From: Candidatus Liptonbacteria bacterium
GTDB lineage: Bacteria > Patescibacteriota > Minisyncoccia > UBA6257 > 2-01-FULL-56-20
Assembly (NCBI GenBank): GCA_023244935.1
Contig: JAHFLJ010000002.1
Coordinates: 1 to 52,854 of the forward strand
Length of the DNA stretch: 52,854 bases
Reading direction: 5' to 3'
Both the position numbers and the translations under genes were made by a program. The notes beneath the pieces were generated by a model that did not search any database, was not told where the DNA came from, and worked only from the letters and a program-made list of their open reading frames with translations. Shown here one piece after another: positions 43,933-52,100 of the stretch. Within the stretch, counting starts at the first letter, position 1; every line of letters begins with the position of its first letter.

Positions 43933-45135
43933 TTAGCCCGTCCAATAATAAGACATGATGCTGAAGTCCACTAGATTTATTTTTCCATCGCCATTCAAAT
44001 CTACCTTGGCTATTGCTTCTTTAGTGAGCGTTCTTTTGTACCAATATGCTAGCACTGAAAAATCTACCAAATTTACTCGGCAATCGTCGTTCGCATCTCC
44101 GCTTTTAGGACATTTTTTCCCCGGAGCGAGGACATCTCTTGTACCAACCAAAAAATTTAAAGTGTCAGAAAATGTAGTAATGTCTCCATCCTTGGCGCTA
44201 TTTGCTTTTACAAAGTGGCTGCCGCTTTCGATTTCGCTTGTATCAAATTTATACAGCCAGACACCATCTTTGTCCGCTGCGGTTTTTTTTAGCAATTCTT
44301 TTTCGGAATTAATGCGGATTGAGACTTCGGCGCTTGGAACGCTTTGTCCTAAGATGTTAAGAATTCCACCTCTTGCTACTTCGGTTTTATCAATGGAGAT
44401 CGTCGGAGGAATAAATATTCCACTTACTAGGGTGGTGGCACCGGAAGTGAGCGAAATCGCAAATTGCTGAGTTATTGAGCGACCTCCTTTATAATCTTCT
44501 GCCCAAACTCCAAAATTGTACGTTCCTCCGGAAAAATCAGAAAGTGTTATTTGAAAGTTAGCGCTCGCATCAGCGACTGTAATTGCGACAACCTGTGCGT
44601 CTTTCAAGAGAGTGATATTGCTTTTAGGATATGCTCGTCCGCTAAAAACAACCTGAGTTGATGGTGGAGTATAATTATTTCCTCCCCCTCCACCTCCCCC
44701 TCCCCCTCCTCCACCTCCACCTCCGTTGCTGGGTGGCGGAGTATTGTTTGGAGTTGTGACACTTGCTTCGTTGCCGTATAGAGACATAACGTCGCCTATA
44801 AATGCAACGGTTCGGTAAAAATATGTAGTATTCGGGTTTACGCTGTTATCTAAGTATGTGGTGATGTTCGCGCCAACAGTTCCTATTTGTGAATATGTTC
44901 CTGCTGCTCCGATTTTTCTTTCGATTGCAAATCCGTCTTCTTCTGCGGAATTATCTGTCCAAGTTAGGCTTACTTGGCTTGGAGAAGGAGCGGTAGCAAC
45001 AAAACCTCCCGGGGCGTTAGGAATAACGATAATTTTAACTAGACTGCTTATATTCTCTGCGTTTGCATAATTGCTACTGATGAGCGCAAAAGAGCCTATG
45101 AGGACTAACCCGAATAAGCGTTGAGAGATGTTCAT
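43933..45135 (-). CDS. secreted FN3 / Ig-like protein with a Gly14 linker and a C-terminal type I dockerin
   Basis: 400 aa with a signal peptide. The FN3 region is PSQVSLTWTDNSAEEDGFAIERK...TTYFYRTVAF and the linker is G14. The duplicated dockerin Ca-binding repeats are GDANDDCRVNLVDFSVLAYWY and DLNGDGKINLVDFSIMSYYW. Confidence 0.75.
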   Translation of the reverse strand: MNISQRLFGLVLIGSFALISSNYANAENISSLVKIIVIPNAPGGFVATAPSPSQVSLTWTDNSAEEDGFAIERKIGAAGTYSQIGTVGANITTYLDNSVNPNTTYFYRTVAFIGDVMSLYGNEASVTTPNNTPPPSNGGGGGGGGGGGGGGGNNYTPPSTQVVFSGRAYPKSNITLLKDAQVVAITVADASANFQITLSDFSGGTYNFGVWAEDYKGGRSITQQFAISLTSGATTLVSGIFIPPTISIDKTEVARGGILNILGQSVPSAEVSIRINSEKELLKKTAADKDGVWLYKFDTSEIESGSHFVKANSAKDGDITTFSDTLNFLVGTRDVLAPGKKCPKSGDANDDCRVNLVDFSVLAYWYKRTLTKEAIAKVDLNGDGKINLVDFSIMSYYWTG

Positions 45136-45143
45136 TTGTAAAG

Positions 45144-46040
45144 TTATTTGCGACGCCTTTTTTTGAAAATAAATATTAAAAGTAAAACTACCAGAGCTAA
45201 TATTCCATACGCATACACCTCGTGTCTTTTAATATAGTTCAATAGCCTAGCCACCGGGCCGTTTAGAGTTCCTGCTTTAAGTACGTTAAAAACAGTTTTT
45301 TGGCTGGCGATAAGAGTATCACCCTTATAAAACGCTACATTTGCCCAATATTGCCCGACTCCGACATAAAAATCTATAGGAAATTCAACTACAAACTCTT
45401 CTTCTTTAAATGCCGGTACTTCCGGAAAACCGTTAGTTTTTTGAATGTATGCCAATCGTACCGAGCCGTATTTATCTAAAAGTTCGTAGGTTGCGCCGGT
45501 AAATGCCTCCGGAACATTTCCGAGGTTATTTAATCTGACTAAAACTTTCGGATTCCATCCTTCTTCGATATCAAGCGGTTTAATAATCGGAACATTGAAG
45601 TTCTCGTAAATTTCATCGCCAACTCTTAAGTTCAAAATAAGTTGAGCTCCTAAGGCTATGGTAACTTGACCGGTCTGCGATGGTTTGGTTGTGAAACTAA
45701 TATTTCCGTTATAAATCCCCAACTCGGTATCGTTTGGGACTTTGATGGTTATTTTTACCGGAAACTGTTTAATTCCTTGTGGAATTATAAACTCGGGTCC
45801 TTGGTCGATAACAATCCACGGTTTTATTTTCTCAGGTATTTCAAGGTTTGCCTTAATACCTAAATCTGACGTTGGTTGATCTTGAATTAGATATACGGTT
45901 TGAGTATATTCCGCTCCTTTAACTAAATAAGTCGCATTTAAAAACGGTGGAGAAATTCCAAAGGCCGCTTCGGCAATTTTGGTTTGAAAAGCGAATATTA
46001 ATCCAAGCGCCAGAAGTAACGAGGATACTTTAAATTTCAT
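45144..46040 (-). CDS. two-domain Ig-like surface protein with a C-terminal TM anchor (DUF916/DUF3324 CscA-like architecture)
   Basis: 298 aa. It has a signal peptide, FGISPPF...G.EYTQTVYL, IPQGIKQFPVKITIKVPNDTELGIYNGNISF, a second beta domain, and a C-terminal TM helix plus KKRRRK. Confidence 0.45.
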   Translation of the reverse strand: MKFKVSSLLLALGLIFAFQTKIAEAAFGISPPFLNATYLVKGAEYTQTVYLIQDQPTSDLGIKANLEIPEKIKPWIVIDQGPEFIIPQGIKQFPVKITIKVPNDTELGIYNGNISFTTKPSQTGQVTIALGAQLILNLRVGDEIYENFNVPIIKPLDIEEGWNPKVLVRLNNLGNVPEAFTGATYELLDKYGSVRLAYIQKTNGFPEVPAFKEEEFVVEFPIDFYVGVGQYWANVAFYKGDTLIASQKTVFNVLKAGTLNGPVARLLNYIKRHEVYAYGILALVVLLLIFIFKKRRRK

Positions 46041-46089
46041 TTGATTTAACTAGCATACACGGCGCTTTTGGGTTTGTAAATATCTGGAT

Positions 46090-47019
46090 TTATTGGAATA
46101 AAGCCGTGAAAACGTTCGTACCGCTATAAGTTCCGGTTGCGGTTCCGCCAGGTACTGCTAATCCCCAAAAAGTTGTTTTGCTACTTGTTGCGGTCGAGGT
46201 TGGAGCAGTTATTGCAAATCCAGGTACGGTGGTTGGCGTGCCACTTAAGGCTATTCCACCTGCACCGTAGGTGAACGAGCTACTTGCATAAACCTGAGAG
46301 CTGGTTGCGATAATATTCGCACCTGATGTTAGGGTTGGATTTGCACTAAGTTGTATGGTGCTTGAAGAATTTCCTACGTTTTCTACTAAAACCTGCTGGT
46401 TGGTTGCACCGGTATTTGTATTTGCGGAAATAGTGCCGTAATTAATGGTTGTTGTAGCCAAGCTTATTGCCGTTAAAGTATTTAGAACTACTGTTGACGG
46501 AGAATCAGCTGAGCTGGTTGCGATTGAGCCATCTTGAACGATTACGGTCGCTATCCAAAATTGCCCAGGGAAACTCGAGGAGGCATCAGTTGCTTGAGAG
46601 AAATATTGAATATTAAAAGTCGTGGTAGCAACCGCAGTTGTTGATGTTCCGGTACAACTGTTTGTTTGGAAGGATTGCTTATAGCAGTTTACGGGATTTT
46701 GAGCGGAAATACAGCTAGAGGAAGTGAAGCCTGAGCGATAAAGATAAACAGTTGAAGTTCCCGAAGTAAACACGTCGGAACAGCCGTTGTTATCGGTCAC
46801 TGTAGCGCCAACCGTTACCGTTGTAGTTCCGTTAGCATTTAAGGTTATTGGACTTACTCCGCCATTTACTAAAACTGCAGAGGCGGTCGGAGCTGAATTT
46901 CCGACCAAAACCGAGCTGGTTACAGTTGCAGCAAGAATTTGATTAAATATTAAAGCCGCACCGACTAAAAATACACCAATAGCAATATTTCCAATTAACT
47001 TTCGTGTTTCCTTTTTCAT
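46090..47019 (-). CDS. Thr/Ser-rich secreted protein, paralogue of 47069..48106 (WxL-like C-terminal domain?)
   Basis: 309 aa with an N-terminal anchor/signal. It has a Cys-containing beta domain (VTDNNGCSDVFTSG...NCYKQSF..NSCTG). The C-terminus reads INYGTISANTNTGATNQQVLVENVGNSSSTIQL...FWGLAVPGGTATGTYSGTNVFTALFQ. Confidence 0.5.
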   Translation of the reverse strand: MKKETRKLIGNIAIGVFLVGAALIFNQILAATVTSSVLVGNSAPTASAVLVNGGVSPITLNANGTTTVTVGATVTDNNGCSDVFTSGTSTVYLYRSGFTSSSCISAQNPVNCYKQSFQTNSCTGTSTTAVATTTFNIQYFSQATDASSSFPGQFWIATVIVQDGSIATSSADSPSTVVLNTLTAISLATTTINYGTISANTNTGATNQQVLVENVGNSSSTIQLSANPTLTSGANIIATSSQVYASSSFTYGAGGIALSGTPTTVPGFAITAPTSTATSSKTTFWGLAVPGGTATGTYSGTNVFTALFQ

Positions 47020-47068
47020 ATGAATTTATTATATCACATTTAATCTGAAAAGAATGTGTATAACTTTT

Positions 47069-48106
47069 TTAATTCGTCCACACGGCTGTAATTGTGTTTG
47101 CCCCAGTATAGGTTCCTATTGGGCTTCCGGCGACAGCCGAAATTCCCCAATAAATATTTTTTTGCATTGCTACGGTTGAGGTTGGTTTGGTTAAAAAGAA
47201 TCCGGTAACTGTTGTGAGTATATCGCTGAGCGCAGTATCTCCGGTATTGTACGTGAAAGTATTTGTAGCGTAGTGTTGAGAACTTGTGGCGAGGAAATTT
47301 GTATTAAAAGTTAGAGCAGTACCTGAAACTTTGAGGGTGCTGGATGAGTTTCCGGTATTTTGGATACCAATAATTTTATTTGTTGATCCGGTATTTTGCC
47401 CCGCACCAACCGTTTCGTAATTTAGAGTGCTAGTTGATAGATTAATTGCCAAAAGTGTATTTAAACTAACTCCGGTTGAGGTGGCCGTCGAGCTAGAGTT
47501 CCCTGTGTTGCTTACAGTGACTTGAGCTTGCCAGTTTTGTCCGGAGAATGTTGACGATGAATCGGTAGGATCGGCAAAATAATAAATCGGAATTGTCGAA
47601 GTTGCCGTCGCGGTGTTGCCGCTCACACAATCGTTCACTTGAGCATTAGTTATATAACAATTTTGATTATCCGCGGTGCAATTTGGCCCAACTCCGGAGC
47701 GGAAAATTGTGGTTGTTGCACCTCCTCCGGTAAAAACCGATGAGCATCCGCTATTGTCGGTTACCGTAAATCCAACGCTGATTGAAGTTGTTGAGTTCGA
47801 AATAAGGGTTATCGGATTTCCTCCATTAAGTAATACTGCAGTGACATTTAGCGTTGAGATAGCCGAGGGATAATATTGATAACCCGCGAGAACTCCAAAA
47901 TTTGTGGAAGTGCTCTTGGAAATGCCAATCTGTCCTTGAGTGTCGTTTAACCGAAAATTTGTAGATGTGCCGAAGCCACCACCAGGCGCAATTACCGGAT
48001 CTTTAACCTTAAAATTAGTTGAGGTGTAGTCTGTCGCCTTGGCAGTTGCTACTGTTAATAGTAGAAGGGCTATGAATATGTATGAATTTTTCAAGATTGG
48101 TCGCAT
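47069..48106 (-). CDS. Thr/Ser-rich secreted protein, paralogue of 46090..47019, with an N-terminal STNF triple repeat
   Basis: 345 aa with a signal peptide. STNF occurs three times (YTSTNFKV, GTSTNFRL, STSTNFGV). It has the same Cys-containing domain (VTDNSGCSSVFTGG...NCYITNA..NDCVSG) and the same C-terminal domain (LNYETVGAGQNTGSTNKIIGIQNTGNSSSTLKV...IYWGISAVAGSPIGTYTGANTITAVWTN). Confidence 0.5.
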   Translation of the reverse strand: MRPILKNSYIFIALLLLTVATAKATDYTSTNFKVKDPVIAPGGGFGTSTNFRLNDTQGQIGISKSTSTNFGVLAGYQYYPSAISTLNVTAVLLNGGNPITLISNSTTSISVGFTVTDNSGCSSVFTGGGATTTIFRSGVGPNCTADNQNCYITNAQVNDCVSGNTATATSTIPIYYFADPTDSSSTFSGQNWQAQVTVSNTGNSSSTATSTGVSLNTLLAINLSTSTLNYETVGAGQNTGSTNKIIGIQNTGNSSSTLKVSGTALTFNTNFLATSSQHYATNTFTYNTGDTALSDILTTVTGFFLTKPTSTVAMQKNIYWGISAVAGSPIGTYTGANTITAVWTN

Positions 48107-48185
48107 TGGAGCAATATATTTAATTATTTTTTTCTTTTATTTGAGGTTACGGCTGGCAGAATTGCTAATTCAAATAATTTGAAAA

Positions 48186-48650
48186 TCACTTTGTTTTCTT
48201 ATGAGCTGGAGGCGTAGCTACTTTTTCATCGGTTGTGGTTGCTAGTCCTGTTGCTGTGGTGCTTGCAGTCGTCGGCTGTTCTGCTCCGGTCTCATCTATT
48301 GTAATTGGAGCGACTTTAACGATTCGATTTTCGGATGGATTGTAAAGAAATGCCTCTTTGGCATTGCTAAAAATGAACAACTTATCGTTTTTTTGAGCGT
48401 TAATGAAAAAAGGCTGATCTTTGAGTTGGCCAGGATCGATTACCGTAGCAATCGTTGGTGTCTCCCCTTTCGGGATGACAATTAACTTTGAGACTGCTGC
48501 GAGTAGAGATTGAGCGTCCATTTCAGCTTTTGGCTCTTCTGATTTTTGTGTATTTGTGACTAGAGTTATTTTTTTAATTTCGTCACGAAAAAAATACGCC
48601 GAGGTTAAGGTAAAAATTGCGAGGGTTATTAATAAAAACCTTTTATTCAT
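48186..48650 (-). CDS. hypothetical N-terminally anchored protein (154 aa)
   Basis: ATG-initiated ORF with the signal/anchor LLITLAIFTLTSAYFF. It is co-directional within the surface island. Confidence 0.5.
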   Translation of the reverse strand: MNKRFLLITLAIFTLTSAYFFRDEIKKITLVTNTQKSEEPKAEMDAQSLLAAVSKLIVIPKGETPTIATVIDPGQLKDQPFFINAQKNDKLFIFSNAKEAFLYNPSENRIVKVAPITIDETGAEQPTTASTTATGLATTTDEKVATPPAHKKTK

Positions 48651-48689
48651 AAGTTCGTGTTGAGATTTTTTTGTATATTCAGTCGTGGA

Positions 48690-49109
48690 CTAATTATTGG
48701 CTTCCAACTTATTTATCGCCATAATTATATTCGAGTCGCTTCTTAAGTCTTCTATAAACATAATACTAGAGCGATTGATTTGCATTTGATTTGTCGGTCC
48801 GTGGAGTTCGCTCCCGAGTTTCACGAGATTTATACTTGAAGGGGTCTGTTCGCTACTTGTATCTGTAGATTGAGCAGGGTTGGTCTGTAGATAATATATG
48901 TCTCGAAGCGTAAGCCAGAGATTATTTTGATTGGAAAGTTTGCCGAAATAGACTTGCCCGTTAGTCATAAAGACCGCCTGATACTCTCCGGAATTTTTAT
49001 TAAATAAACTAAACGGAAAAATTTCAAATTTAATAAGAAGACCTATAGCCATCAATATAACAACGACGATGATTGTTTTATTCCAAAATCCAATTTTCTT
49101 GTTTTCCAT
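48690..49109 (-). CDS. hypothetical N-terminally anchored protein (~139 aa)
   Basis: ATG at 49109 (MENKKIGFWNK...); the ORF-track start at 49127 is a TTG. It has the TM helix IIVVVILMAIGLLI. Confidence 0.5.
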   Translation of the reverse strand: MENKKIGFWNKTIIVVVILMAIGLLIKFEIFPFSLFNKNSGEYQAVFMTNGQVYFGKLSNQNNLWLTLRDIYYLQTNPAQSTDTSSEQTPSSINLVKLGSELHGPTNQMQINRSSIMFIEDLRSDSNIIMAINKLEANN

Positions 49110-49147
49110 TTTATTAATATAACACAAATCGTAATTATCCGAAAATT

Positions 49148-52100
49148 TTACGGCGCTTCGCCTCCTCCACCATCAGCTCCTCCTCCACTAACAGTGCCTC
49201 CTCCGGGATTTCCACTGTCGCCACCATCAATTTCCCCTCCAAGGAGTGTTCCGGTTACTGGTGGAGCACCTTCGAATCCATCGTCGCCACCACCGCCAAA
49301 ATATCTGAACGGCTTGGCATGATTAACTCCGGTTACAAATCCGGTTTTGGAATCCGTAGTGGTTATATTTTCTGTGTGGAGTAAGAGGTTTAGGTAATCG
49401 GCATAACCAATATTTATAACGTTGAGTTGAAGTAATACTTGGCTTGTTGTCGCTACGGTCCAATTATTTCCAAAGAATATACTACCGGTGCCGTTTGTAA
49501 TAGTGGTTGTTCCATTGGATCCTAGTTGCGAATCTTCGATATCAACGATTCCATTTGCGTTTGAATCAAGATAAAGTTTTGCGTTTGTAATGTCGGCGCT
49601 TTCAAAACCACTTTGAGCTGAAATTGTTATTGTGGTAGCAGTTATGCTTATGCTTCCACTGCTTGAAGTTAATTTGTATCGGAATAGCGTAGAGGATGTA
49701 ACTTGTGTTTCGTTTATATCGAATTGGTTTGTTTGTTGCCCAACAATGTGATCGCTTAAGGTTAAAGTTTTAACTCCGGAGACCGGTGGCACATACGAGG
49801 TCGCGCCCGTCCACTGGAAAGTTGCCATCATAAAATCGATGTTCGGACTGAAATTGGTTGACGTGGGTGCGTCAACTGTAGTGCGGATGTTCATACTCAT
49901 TCGGTTGTTGACTGTATCCACGTAGTCTTCGGGATTGGTTGTGAACCCGTGCAAGCCGCTCACACCGACACCTCCGATTGTAACGGCATCTTGGTAACTC
50001 ATAGCCAGAGTTTGAGCTGCTCCCCAAGCTGTCCAACCACCTAAGGCTCCGGAAAGTCCGGAATAGTCACGGATACCAACTTGCATTGTGCTGGATGCAC
50101 CGGGTGCAAAACGGGCGGCGTAGTAAAGGCTGGTGACTGCGGCACCTGACGGAACAGTAACTCCGAAATTGAAGTTCGCGGCGACAGCTTCTCCGATGGT
50201 CGCATTTGCATCGGTGTTTAGCGGATAGTAGTCGTTTCCTGTTCCCATATTGGCAGATTCATCTTCGGCAAGAAGATTCCAACTGTTTGTATCTCCGGTT
50301 GTATTAATATTCCAAGTAGAGGTCGGATAACTGTTTCCGAAAGTTGGCGTGGAAGTGGAAAGTAATCCGGTTGTAGCATTTCTTTTTTCAATTATCCATT
50401 TAGTACCGGAAGGCGTGGATGATCCGTAACCGACGGCGTAGAGATTACCCCCGTCAACAGCCAGGGCCATAAACTGGTCTTCGCTTCCTTCTTCGGCGGC
50501 AACGTGTCCGTCGCCGTCAAATGTGGTAGTGGCGACACCGGTTGTAATATCGTATTTGTCGATACGCAGACGACCGACAGTTCCGATAGTTAACGAGTCT
50601 ACTCCGGCGAGATATACACCGGTTGCGTCAGTTCTCACTGATTGCCAAATTTCTCCGGTTGCAGCAGTATGATTCATTTCAACGATTCCGTCGGTATCAA
50701 AAGCAGTGACGAGTGCGCCGGTTGAGGTCGCACGTTTTTCAAGTCTTGCCCTACCTGTTCCACCATTCAAAGTTGAAGAAGCGTAACCGGCGAAGTAAAG
50801 AAAATTTCCATCGTTGGTCATGCTGTAAATTTCATCGACGAGAGTTGTCGGGTTACTTTCAAGAACACCGCTCGTTGCGAAAGTGCCGACGAAGGCACCG
50901 GTTGTAGCGTCACGTTTTTCCACGCGCCAACCTGTGTTTAACATTGTGGTTGAGGAGGCCGAACCGGCGACATACAAATCGTTACCGATAACATTGACCG
51001 TATATGGAGTATCAAGACCGGTACCGGGATTGCTGGAAGTTGTACCATTCACACCAAAAGCGGCAACTAGCGCACCGGTTGAAGTTGCACGTTTTTCAAT
51101 TCTCCAAGAGCTATTTGCGGCACTCGAAGAAAAGTCGGTTCCTACTATATATAGATAGTTGCCGTCGGTAGTCATTCCGGTGGCTCGATCCAGTCTGACG
51201 CTCGGATTGCTGCTGGTTGCTCCACTGACACCAAAATTCGAATCCAAAAGACCGGTAGTCGCATTTCTTTTTTCCAGATACCAAATGCTGTCATTGGTAC
51301 TACTTGCATAACCGACGGTAAATACAGAATCTCCGGCGAGAACTACTGAGTTGATTTCATCGTTGGTGATCGAAGGGTCGGAAATGGCAACACCGGAAGA
51401 TGCGAAAGCTGTGACTAGTGCACCATCGCTAAGATTTCTTTTTTCAAGACGCCATCTTCTATCTCCCCCGTTTGAGCCAAAACCACCGACATACATGTAT
51501 GTTCCATCTTCGGCAATATACGCAGGGCGGTCTTCACCAACTGATCCGTTAATCACCAATCTACCTGCAGTTGAAGTACCGAAAGAAACATCGGTTGAAG
51601 TCGGCGTGCTTCCGAGAGTCAAATATATGGAATCGATTACCAGCGAAGTTGTGCTGGTCGAAAGGCCGTAGTCACGAATCCAGATTTCACTAGAAGAAGA
51701 AATGTAATCACCGATAGTTGCAGAGTTTTTGGCAAAATAGTTCATAGGGCTTGCAGCAAGACAATCAATTGGTTGAGAAATATTTTCCCAAGTGCTTCCG
51801 GTGAAGTTGCGGATAGCAAATTGATACTGAAGATTTTGAGTTGCGGCTGAACAGTAGGCTTCGGTCGCTACAAGGATAGTGTTCATTCCGTTGTACGCTT
51901 TCACATTATCAAAAGTCAGATAGAAGTCAGAAGTAGTTGCTGCGGTTCCCGGAACGGAAAGTAAAATACCATCACCGGCAGTGTTGGACATTATTCCTCC
52001 TACTACGTTTCCGAATATTTGCGTGTTTGGATATATTCCAGTTACCGTACCTCCAGAATTTTTATTGAATCCGGCGGCGCTATATATCGGATCAACTATT

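Noticed and set aside
44681-44724. The Gly14-encoding C-rich tract as a phase-variation switch
   Set aside because: The tract is a mixture of GGN codons (cctccccctccacctcc...), not a homopolymer or a perfect short tandem repeat. Any slippage would most likely be in-frame and only change linker length. There is no evidence for on/off switching.
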